The notes under the pieces: generated by a model
Seen by the model: only the letters and a program-made list of their open reading frames with translations
Told to the model about the DNA's origin: nothing
Database searches by the model: none
Translations under genes and position numbers: made by a program
Assembly: GCA_031428075.1 (NCBI GenBank)
Contig: JANPOR010000554.1
Span: 1-39,574 of the forward strand
Length of the DNA stretch: 39,574 bases
Source of the DNA: Hymenobacter sp.
Lineage (GTDB): Bacteria > Bacteroidota > Bacteroidia > Cytophagales > Hymenobacteraceae
Reading direction: 5' to 3'
Shown here: in pieces, positions 17,572 through 25,731 of the stretch
How the letters are laid out: each line of letters opens with the position of its first letter
Position numbering within the stretch: position 1 is the first letter of the stretch

Positions 17572-17656
17572 TACAGCGCGGATTTTGTGGTCCGCATGTC
17601 TGGCTTCGTCCTGCTAATTGCCGAGCAGCGACGCGGACTATAAAGTCCGCGCTGTA
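17572..17656. repeat. REP-doublet (REPIN-like) inverted repeat
   Basis: 24-bp arms TACAGCGCGGATTTTGTGGTCCGC / GCGGACTATAAAGTCCGCGCTGTA with 3 differences, all G-U compatible. The right arm contains its own perfect hairpin GCGGACT-ATAA-AGTCCGC. Confidence 0.8.
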
Positions 17657-17700
17657 ATCGGGGGCCCAACTGTTATTAAACTGATAACCAAATCTTCTCC

Positions 17701-18159
17701 ATGTTTCAACAGCTTTTTACCTTCCTCTACCAAGCCCTGCTCGGCACGCCGGCCCCATCGTCGCTCATCCCCGTTTACCAAAAAAGCATCTTCCCCGGCG
17801 TGGGATTAAGTACTTTTTTCGCCGTGGCTCTGGGCATGGCGCTCGTCTATTACGTGGTGCTGAACCGGTTGATGACGACAGCTTTATTCAAAACTTCGCA
17901 CTGGCTACTGTTTGTACTGACTACGGCCCTGGTGTCGGCCGGGCTGGCGTATTCGCAGGCGCACTCGGTGGTGACGGAAACCCTCAATAGCAGCGGCGTG
18001 GCGCTGGAAGGCATTGAGCAATCGGCGTATAACCGTTACGTGCTGGGTTTTTTGTGCGTAAATGCGCTGTTCGGGGCCTTGTTTTTCGTGTTTTGGTCGT
18101 TTGTGGTAAAATCATTCTCTACCAGCGCCCGCACCACGCCGGTGCGCTGGCCCAACTAA
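17701..18159 (+). CDS. Hypothetical inner-membrane protein (3 predicted TM helices)
   Basis: Hydrophobic stretches FFAVALGMALVYYVV, WLLFVLTTALVSAGLAY and VLGFLCVNALFGALFFVFWSFVV. Confidence 0.8.
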   Translation: MFQQLFTFLYQALLGTPAPSSLIPVYQKSIFPGVGLSTFFAVALGMALVYYVVLNRLMTTALFKTSHWLLFVLTTALVSAGLAYSQAHSVVTETLNSSGVALEGIEQSAYNRYVLGFLCVNALFGALFFVFWSFVVKSFSTSARTTPVRWPN

Positions 18160-18186
18160 TACTCTATCCTTCCCTATTTTACCTCA

Positions 18187-19653
18187 ATGGCTAAACTGTT
18201 TTTATTCGGCATCGGCGGCACGGGCTCGCGCGTCATTCGCTCGCTGACGATGCTACTGGCGGCAGGCGTCGAAATCAAAAATTGCGACACGGTGGTGCCC
18301 ATCATCATCGACCCCGACGCCCGCAACGGCGACATGAACCGCACCGTGGAGCTGCTCAAGATCTACGCCCGGCTGCGCAAATCTCTGGAGCCGGCCCCAG
18401 CGGTGGGCGATTTTTTTCATACCGACATCAAGACGCTTTCGGCCATCGCCCAAACCGGCAGCGGCGACGTGAAGGATGCCTTTGTCTACGACTTCGGCAA
18501 CATCAACGAGAGCTTCCGCGATTACCTGCACTACGACCGGATGCCGGTGGAAAGCCGCCACTTGGTCGACTTGCTGTTCACGCCCGAAAACCTGGCCAGC
18601 CCACTTACCGTGGGATTCAAGGGCAGCCCTAACGTGGGCTCGGTGGTGCTGAACGGGTTAATGGGCTCGGCCGAAATCCAGGCGTTTGCCAACAATTTTA
18701 ATGAGCAGGACGGCGACCGGGTGTTTTTCATCAGCTCCATCTTTGGGGGTACCGGCGCGGCCGGCTTCCCGTTGCTACTCAAGAACCTGCGCTACCCTGA
18801 CCTGAGCAGCGGCCAGCGCCTGCCTAACGAAAAGGCCTTGCGCGAGGCCCCCATGGGCGGCCTCACGGTGCTGCCCTACTTTAAGGTGAACCCTAGTGCG
18901 GAAAGCGCCATTGACTCGCGGTTTTTTATTACCAAAACCAAGGCGGCCCTCGGCTACTACGAAACCAACCTGCGAGGCCTCAACTCGTTGTACTACCTGG
19001 CTGACCCCGTCACCAAAAGCTACGACAACCAAGAAGGCGGTGCCAACCAAACCAACGGGGCCCACTTCATCGAGCTGGTAGGGGCCCTGGCGGTGTTCGA
19101 TTTCATGGCCCACAGCAAGGCCGAATTGCAGGGCCAGGAGTTGTTCTTTGAGTACGGCTTGGAGAAGGACGACCGGCCCATTCGCTTTGGTTCTCTCGAC
19201 TCCGACAAGAGCTTGGCGCTGCTGGGCCGGGCCCTAACTCGGTTCCAGCTGTTCGCTACTTTTATCACCCACGGCCTGCCGAACACGATGGACGCTGTGT
19301 TTGCCAAAACCCTGCAGCTACCTGCCGAGTGGAAGCACGACGACTTCTACAGGGCCCTGCGCGAACTGCTCGATAACCCTGCTTACGGCTTCACCCTTTG
19401 GCTTAAAGAATTGGCAGCCAACGATCGGGCTTTCGCCCCGTTCCAGCTCGGCTCGGCCGACTATAACGATTTGGTACACGGCCAGCGTGTGGAAACGGGC
19501 TTTTTTGACAAAGGCATCGTGACGAACTCGCTGCGCAAAGCCCTCGACGACAACGCTACCAAAGCGAGTCATCCCACGCGGCCGGGGCAGTTCGTGGAGC
19601 TCTTCAGCAAGGTGATGCGCGAAACGGTGGACAGTAAAATCAAAGGGTTTTAG
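18187..19653 (+). CDS. Divergent tubulin/FtsZ-like GTPase (Tubulin_2 / FtsZ-like type)
   Basis: T1 loop FGIGGTG at the N-terminus, IIDPD (cf. NTD), GFKGSPNVG (cf. GAGxNPxxG) and signature SSIFGGTGAAG (cf. GGGTG[S/T]G) at 18742-18765. Confidence 0.85.
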   Translation: MAKLFLFGIGGTGSRVIRSLTMLLAAGVEIKNCDTVVPIIIDPDARNGDMNRTVELLKIYARLRKSLEPAPAVGDFFHTDIKTLSAIAQTGSGDVKDAFVYDFGNINESFRDYLHYDRMPVESRHLVDLLFTPENLASPLTVGFKGSPNVGSVVLNGLMGSAEIQAFANNFNEQDGDRVFFISSIFGGTGAAGFPLLLKNLRYPDLSSGQRLPNEKALREAPMGGLTVLPYFKVNPSAESAIDSRFFITKTKAALGYYETNLRGLNSLYYLADPVTKSYDNQEGGANQTNGAHFIELVGALAVFDFMAHSKAELQGQELFFEYGLEKDDRPIRFGSLDSDKSLALLGRALTRFQLFATFITHGLPNTMDAVFAKTLQLPAEWKHDDFYRALRELLDNPAYGFTLWLKELAANDRAFAPFQLGSADYNDLVHGQRVETGFFDKGIVTNSLRKALDDNATKASHPTRPGQFVELFSKVMRETVDSKIKGF

Positions 19654-19694
19654 GCGGAGCAGTTGAAATCGTAGCGCTAGATAATAAGTTACTT

Positions 19695-22600
19695 ATGAGC
19701 ACCATTCTTCGCCTGCACCAGCAGGGCAAATCGTTGCTTCGCGGCTGGCAGCAGTCCGACCGCCTCAGCGACAACCAGATAAAAACCATTGCTGATCCCG
19801 ATGGCGGCTCGGCGCACGTCACGAGTACCTCGATTCCGACGCCGTTTGGGCAGCTGCATTTGCTCGCCGAGGCGTTCGAGTTCGTGCGCCATGAGCCCGG
19901 CGGTAACTCCGTGTACCATCATTTGGTGACGCACTCCCTGGACTTGTTAGAGTTGCTGTTTTTCCGGCAACAGTTTGCCAACTATGCTATTACGCTGCTA
20001 CCCTGGCATAAAAATGATCAACTGCGGGCCCTGCAAAGCAATGAGGCAACCAAGCTGATGGGCCGCACCCTGGGCCTGTATCTCAACGATCCACAGTTTG
20101 CGGACGTGGAAACGCTATTCCTGATTTTTGGGGAGGCTCGGGGCAGTGGGCGGCGTGAGCTGCTGGGTCTCACGTCGCCGTTTACACTGGTGTTTGCGCG
20201 GCAGGGCCTGCAGGCGTTTGATATTCAGCGGGTGAACGGCACGGGACGCTACTTCGACCAAGCCGTGGTGCCGCTGGCCCAGCGGGCCCCAGAGTTTCAG
20301 AAATTCTTGTACGGCTGGTTCGACGTCAACAAACACCTGCGGGATAAAGCCTTCGCTAACAGTCTGTTCAAGTATTTGCAGGACACCGACCGACAGCGCG
20401 TGAACGACGTGGCGGGCCAGAACCTCAACCCCGCCGAATTTCTGGCCGACTACGAGCCGCTGACCTACGAAGGTGGCGTGGTGCGCATCAAGGGCGCCGA
20501 GCTGTACCAGGCGCGCATCTCCCAAAAGCCGGGCACCAGCGACTGGTTCATTGCCGCTACGCGCGTGCTGGAGGGCCCCGCGCCGCTCGTACTCAAGCCC
20601 GGTATGGACCTGACGGGTAGCAACTACTACGGCGGTACCAAGGGCGTGGCCGGTATGGGTGCTCAGATTGGCTGGGCCGACCCGGAAGCCAACCTGGCAG
20701 CCCGCGTACTGCCCGCGCTGGGCATCACCTACCCGTACCTCACGGTGAACGATCTGCTGGAAGATTTCCTCGTGGAGCTGCCCTACGGCCTGAACCGTGA
20801 CAAGTTTGCGGCCGGCCGCCAGCCGGTTATCTACAAGCCGGGGGCCCGGAAATCGTATCAATATACCGATTTTGATACGGATGCAGACTTGCAGTTTCCG
20901 TTTCTGCTGCCGCTGAAAAATCAGTTTTTCACCTTCTTCACGCCCGATGACGTGAACCGCCTCGTGCAGTTCACCGTCGAGATGAACTACGTGACCGTGA
21001 CGCTGACCGTGCCCGTGCAAAACGGCCAGCCGGTGATCTACGAGCGCAATTATTACCGCAAGCTGCCCAGCGCCGTGAGCCAGCGCCCCGAAAACGGCTT
21101 CCTGGTGGAGACACTGGTGAACCTGGGTGTGTTCCCGTTCTATAAACACGAGCGGCCCGAAATCAACAACACTTACGAAGTGATGTTGGTGGACGACAAC
21201 CCCGGTGCGACGCTGGCCAACTTGCATTTCCACGACGCGCAGGGGCCCCGGACGGCCGAAAAGCAGGTGCGCGTGGCTCGTAACCCCTTCGGTGCGGCCA
21301 GCATCTACTACCAGCTGCGGCAGGCGCCGTTTGATTTTGTGGAGCTGGAATGCCCGCTGCCCGACGCGCCGGGCACGCCCTTCCGCACGGTGCGCAACGT
21401 GGTGGTGCCCCGCTGGAAATCTGTGGTGAGCGGCCCGGCCAACTTCACTTTCGCCGTCGATTTTGGTACCACCAACAGCCACGTGGCCCTGATGCGAGGC
21501 CCTAACACCACACCGGAGCCCTTCAGCATTGCCACCGAGGAGGAACTGCAAGTGGTGACGCTGAACCAGCCGGTGAAGCGCGCCGGCACCCTGCCCGAGC
21601 GCTACAGCAACAGCTTCGGTAGCCTAGCCTACGCCCGCACGGTGCAAAACCGCGAATTCGTGCCCGCTTTCATCGGCACGCCGGGGGCCGACTACGCCTT
21701 TCCTATCCGCACAGCCACGTGCGAGACGCCGATTTTCGCTGGCCAAATTACCCAGCTGTTCGGCAACGTCAACATCGGCTTCAACATTAACCGCGACGAG
21801 CTGAACGCCTCGGTGGGCCACTACCGCACCAACCTGAAGTGGGAAACCAGCGGGGCCGACAACGAAGCCGGCCAGCGCCGGGTACGGGCTTTTTTGCGGG
21901 AGATGCTCCTGTTAATAAAGCACAAGACGGCCCTCAACAACGGCGACGTGAGCAAAACCCAGGTGGTGTGGTTCCGGCCCCTGAGCATGAACGCCGCCGC
22001 TCAGCTGGTGTTCGAAAACACCTGGGCCGAGGAGTATAAGTGGGTGTTTGGTGAGCGCCAGCAGTTCCCCCCGCGGGTGCTGAGCGAGTCGCTGGCCCCG
22101 TACCTTGACCTGGTAAAGCAGGGGGCCATCGAGCCGCGCGACGGCGTGAACGCCGTGAACGTGGACATCGGCGGCGGCACCACCGACGTGCTGTTCGTGA
22201 AAGGCGAGCAGCCGGCCGCCATCAGCTCGTTCCGCTTCGCTGGCGACGTGCTATGGAGCGACGGTTCGCGTCAGACCCGTGGGGGCCGCCTGAACGGCTT
22301 CCTTCGCTACCAGACGGCCCTGGTGGGCAAGATGGTGCCCGACGAGACGAACAAAGACGCCTTCCAAAAGGCCCGCAACGCCTTCGACAAGGCCCTGCAA
22401 AATCCTGATTTCTATGCCTCCGATGTGGTGAGCCTGCTGTTTGGGTTTGACGACCAGTTACGGTTCAGTGAGAAAATCATCCTGGCCCAGCACCTGCGTG
22501 TGGTGCTGCTGCTGCATTTCGCGGCCATTGTGTACCACGTGGGGCAGGCGGCCCAAGCCCAGGGCATCAGCCCGCTGCCGCGCCACCTGAGCTTCAGTGG

Positions 22601-23279
22601 CAAGGGCAGCACCTACATCAAGCTACTTGATTTCCGCCCGGGCCAGCCCACGGCCACCAAGCTCGCGCAACTGGTGCTGGCGTTTGCCACTGGTCAGCCC
22701 GTACCCACCGATTTCCGCCTCACCGTGGCTGCCGACCCCAAGGAGGCCACTGCCAACGGCGGGGCTCGCCTTTTCGCGGCCCAGCAAGGCGAGCACTTGG
22801 CTCTGCAGGATTTGATGGAGCACATGAAGGCTTCGGCTATCATCGGCGACACTTTCCCGGTCGAGCCACAGACTTTGGACGAGGTGGTGGCCCCTTTTGC
22901 AGCCCCCGCTGCACCGGTCCACGCGCCGTCTGCGGCTGTTAACGGCCGCGCTGCCCAACCCACGCTGGCCCAGGCCCGAGAGCGCCGCGATGCGGTGCTC
23001 GTCAACGCCCAGCGTCTGGTCGATTTCCTCGCCAACGACCCCGATGTGCAGGACCTGCTGCCTCGCATGAACGTGGAGTTTGACGCCGATTTTCTCAGTG
23101 AATTCTTTCGGCAGGAGATGGGCGACAGCCTTAACGCAGGCTTCAACCAGCTGGCCGCTGGCACCGCCAAAGAAACCTCGCCGCTGGGTGAAACGCTGTT
23201 TTTCTTTGCTTTTCGTGATGCCCTGCCCAAGCTCACCCAACGCCTTTACGAACGGTATTATGCTGCGCAAACTGCTTGA
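19695..23279 (+). CDS. Large protein with C-terminal actin/Hsp70-fold ATPase domain and ~580-aa unknown N-terminal region
   Basis: All five actin-fold motifs in order: VDFGTTNS (phosphate 1, 21459), SESLAP (connect 1), VDIGGGTTD (phosphate 2, 22164), FSGKGS (adenosine) and DPKEATANGG (connect 2). Confidence 0.85.
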   Translation: MSTILRLHQQGKSLLRGWQQSDRLSDNQIKTIADPDGGSAHVTSTSIPTPFGQLHLLAEAFEFVRHEPGGNSVYHHLVTHSLDLLELLFFRQQFANYAITLLPWHKNDQLRALQSNEATKLMGRTLGLYLNDPQFADVETLFLIFGEARGSGRRELLGLTSPFTLVFARQGLQAFDIQRVNGTGRYFDQAVVPLAQRAPEFQKFLYGWFDVNKHLRDKAFANSLFKYLQDTDRQRVNDVAGQNLNPAEFLADYEPLTYEGGVVRIKGAELYQARISQKPGTSDWFIAATRVLEGPAPLVLKPGMDLTGSNYYGGTKGVAGMGAQIGWADPEANLAARVLPALGITYPYLTVNDLLEDFLVELPYGLNRDKFAAGRQPVIYKPGARKSYQYTDFDTDADLQFPFLLPLKNQFFTFFTPDDVNRLVQFTVEMNYVTVTLTVPVQNGQPVIYERNYYRKLPSAVSQRPENGFLVETLVNLGVFPFYKHERPEINNTYEVMLVDDNPGATLANLHFHDAQGPRTAEKQVRVARNPFGAASIYYQLRQAPFDFVELECPLPDAPGTPFRTVRNVVVPRWKSVVSGPANFTFAVDFGTTNSHVALMRGPNTTPEPFSIATEEELQVVTLNQPVKRAGTLPERYSNSFGSLAYARTVQNREFVPAFIGTPGADYAFPIRTATCETPIFAGQITQLFGNVNIGFNINRDELNASVGHYRTNLKWETSGADNEAGQRRVRAFLREMLLLIKHKTALNNGDVSKTQVVWFRPLSMNAAAQLVFENTWAEEYKWVFGERQQFPPRVLSESLAPYLDLVKQGAIEPRDGVNAVNVDIGGGTTDVLFVKGEQPAAISSFRFAGDVLWSDGSRQTRGGRLNGFLRYQTALVGKMVPDETNKDAFQKARNAFDKALQNPDFYASDVVSLLFGFDDQLRFSEKIILAQHLRVVLLLHFAAIVYHVGQAAQAQGISPLPRHLSFSGKGSTYIKLLDFRPGQPTATKLAQLVLAFATGQPVPTDFRLTVAADPKEATANGGARLFAAQQGEHLALQDLMEHMKASAIIGDTFPVEPQTLDEVVAPFAAPAAPVHAPSAAVNGRAAQPTLAQARERRDAVLVNAQRLVDFLANDPDVQDLLPRMNVEFDADFLSEFFRQEMGDSLNAGFNQLAAGTAKETSPLGETLFFFAFRDALPKLTQRLYERYYAAQTA

Positions 23280-24180
23280 TTTCGGACGCCGCGCCGCCCG
23301 CCCGCTCGCCGTGGCCGTCGTGCTGATTGGATTGACCAGCGGAACCGCTCCGGCCCAGGGCATCAAAAACACTGCGCCGGTGCCCGCCCAACCCGAAACG
23401 GTGGTCGCAACGCCGCAACCAGAACCGGAACCGTCCGCGGCCGCCTCAGGCACGGAAACTGACCATTGGGCCCTGGCCGTGGCGCTGCTTAGCTTAGTAG
23501 GCGTGGCGTACTTAATCGTTACGCGGCCCAAGCACCGGCGCCGGTCTTCATCCTCGCAGGGATCTAGCAGCGCTCCAGCTCAGAGCGACGCACTGAGCGC
23601 TGGCCAGTTTACCGAAGTACAGAAAATGATAGCCAAGGCCCTAGCCGAACAAAACCGACCTTCTGCCGCGGCGGCTAGCTCCAGGCTGGCTCAAAATCAG
23701 CCCCGGCCCGCCGCTAACCGGCCCCCCACCAGAACTGCTTCGACGGCCCTGCCGCCGCCGGAAGCATCGGTGGTGCTGGTATCGGCACCGGCCGAAGCTG
23801 CTGAAACAGCCCCGGAAGCCCCGTCCGCGCTAGTAGAGGCGCCCGCGCCGGCCGGTCCGCGCCGGGCCTACGTCAGCTCGGCACCGGTGAACGGGCGGTT
23901 TCGTCGCAACGCCTTGCAGGGGAAGCCGGCCCACAACAGCATCTATGAGCTGACCTGGGACCCCGCCCAGCCCGATCAAACCACGTTTCGGGTGAATCCC
24001 GACCAAGCCTCGCACCCGCGACACATCAGTTCCTACGCCGACGTGTTGGAGCCGGCCTGTGAATTTAACCTGCCCCAAGGCGCAGTTTCGTGTATCGTGA
24101 CGGAGGCCCCCGGCTTGCTCCGCCGTGTGGACGGCGACGATTGGGAAATCGTCCGCAAGGCCCGCATTCATTTCGCCTAA
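23260..24180 (+). CDS. Single-pass membrane protein with P/A-rich linkers and compact cytoplasmic C-terminal domain (possibly GrpE-like beta domain)
   Basis: ATG at 23260 overlaps the upstream stop by 20 nt. Signal-like N-terminus, TM WALAVALLSLVGVAYLIV followed by RPKHRRR, then a ~105-aa globular C-terminus. Confidence 0.7.
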   Translation: MLRKLLDFGRRAARPLAVAVVLIGLTSGTAPAQGIKNTAPVPAQPETVVATPQPEPEPSAAASGTETDHWALAVALLSLVGVAYLIVTRPKHRRRSSSSQGSSSAPAQSDALSAGQFTEVQKMIAKALAEQNRPSAAAASSRLAQNQPRPAANRPPTRTASTALPPPEASVVLVSAPAEAAETAPEAPSALVEAPAPAGPRRAYVSSAPVNGRFRRNALQGKPAHNSIYELTWDPAQPDQTTFRVNPDQASHPRHISSYADVLEPACEFNLPQGAVSCIVTEAPGLLRRVDGDDWEIVRKARIHFA

Positions 24181-24202
24181 TTGCCGTCTCGTAAGGCTAT
24201 AT

Positions 24203-24257
24203 CGAGCGCAGTGAGGAATCCGGGCTAATGTCAATCCCGGACTCCTCGCTGCGCTCG
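24203..24257. repeat. REP-like palindromic element
   Basis: 22-bp arms CGAGCGCAGTGAGGAATCCGGG / CCCGGACTCCTCGCTGCGCTCG (2 mismatches); the end of the right arm starts a duplicated TCGGAATGA. Confidence 0.8.
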
Positions 24258-24288
24258 GAATGAGTTATCGGAATGACAACCCTATTGT

Positions 24289-25731
24289 ATGCTGCTAATA
24301 ATTGAGGCCCTGGCCATTGTGCTGCTGATTGGTTTGCAGATGCGAGCTTTTCTCGGGGCCCGCAACCAGATTGGACGGCTGGAAAACTTGTTTCCTAGTG
24401 CAGGGGCCCTGTTCTTGGCCAAAGTCAGCGACCCGGCCACTAGCCGCGAGGTCGATACAGTTGCGAGCACTGCGCCTTCCGAGGAATTCGGCGAAGTACT
24501 GGCCACCACCAACGTGTACTTGCTTAAAAACAAGGGCACTGCTGACTTCAATATCCTGCAAGATCTTACCGAGCGCCGTGTGGCGGTGCTAGACGGCGAA
24601 ATTCAATCCATTACCTCGCTGCCGCTCTACATCGGGCTGATGGGCACTTTCGGCGGGGCCATTCTGGGGCTCGTGAGTCTAGTGCTGGGCGACGGCCAGT
24701 TTGATGATGCGGCCATTGCGGGCTTTCTGCGGGGCATTATGGTGGCTATGGTGGGCAGTTTATGCGGGCTGGGCCTCACGCTGTGGGGCAACGCGCTTTA
24801 CCGCACCGCCCGCCGCCAGGCCGAGCGGCTGCGCAACGACTACTACTCGTTTTTACAGGTCGAATTGCTGCCCATACTGCATTCTGACATGGCCGGTAGC
24901 TTGAGCACGCTCAAAACGGTGCTCGATGGCTTCAACGTCAAGTTTGTCAACGATATTCAGTCCATCGGCCCGGCATTTGAGCAACTGCGGCCCCTCATCG
25001 ACCAAATTATCAGCAGCACCGAAGTGCAACGGCGGTTTTTAGAGCGGTTGCAAGGCATTGGCTTTACCGAAATGGCCAACGCTTCGGTGGCCGTGTTCGA
25101 CCGGATGGACCGCAGCGCCCATATGTTCGAAGATTTTTTGGTTTACCAGGAAAAACTCAACGCCACGCTGGCCGCCGGGGGCGAGGTGGTGCGGAAAGTC
25201 GAGGGCTTATTGAGCCGCCTCACTGGCCTCGAAACCGGCCTCAACCAAGTGCCCGCCATGCTCCAGCAGCACAACGACACGGTGGACCGACAGTTCCGGT
25301 TTTTCAACCAAAGCCAGGAGCGTATGGACCGCATGGGGGCCGATACGGAGCAGTATTTCGACAAGGCTGCCCACCAGCTCACCGGCATGATGAGCACCCG
25401 CCTGGCCCACTTTAATGCCGATGCCGAGAATGCGCAGGCGGAGTGGCAGCGCCGTTTCGACGCGCTCAAGGCGGATAATATTTACCAGCGTATCGTCGAG
25501 TACCTCAATCCGTTCAGCCAGCTGCCGGCCCAGCAGCAAGCCTTGAACCAACTGCAAGAGCGCCAAGCCCAGCAGACCGGTCAGGCCATCCAGGCCCTGC
25601 AACAACGCCTCGATGCCGACTTGGCCTTGCAGCAGCAACTGCTATTTCAGGTCACGCGCACCAACGCCGTGCTGGAGCAGCTCACCCAACGCAGCTGGCT
25701 TCAGAAAACGCTGGGCCTGAACAAAAAGTAG
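24289..25731 (+). CDS. ZorA-like MotA/TolQ/ExbB-fold protein with long helical cytoplasmic tail
   Basis: TM1 aa 1-21; TM2 LPLYIGLMGTFGGAILGL (MotA/ExbB PxxGLxGT motif); TM3 GIMVAMVGSLCGLGL; ~310-aa Q/E/L-rich helical C-terminal tail. Confidence 0.8.
   Translation: MLLIIEALAIVLLIGLQMRAFLGARNQIGRLENLFPSAGALFLAKVSDPATSREVDTVASTAPSEEFGEVLATTNVYLLKNKGTADFNILQDLTERRVAVLDGEIQSITSLPLYIGLMGTFGGAILGLVSLVLGDGQFDDAAIAGFLRGIMVAMVGSLCGLGLTLWGNALYRTARRQAERLRNDYYSFLQVELLPILHSDMAGSLSTLKTVLDGFNVKFVNDIQSIGPAFEQLRPLIDQIISSTEVQRRFLERLQGIGFTEMANASVAVFDRMDRSAHMFEDFLVYQEKLNATLAAGGEVVRKVEGLLSRLTGLETGLNQVPAMLQQHNDTVDRQFRFFNQSQERMDRMGADTEQYFDKAAHQLTGMMSTRLAHFNADAENAQAEWQRRFDALKADNIYQRIVEYLNPFSQLPAQQQALNQLQERQAQQTGQAIQALQQRLDADLALQQQLLFQVTRTNAVLEQLTQRSWLQKTLGLNKK

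Noticed and set aside
18187-23279. Annotating these genes as ftsZ and ftsA/dnaK/mreB
   Set aside because: No dcw context, no T7 loop or FtsZ tail, and the ATPase is far too long and lacks a DnaK substrate-binding domain.
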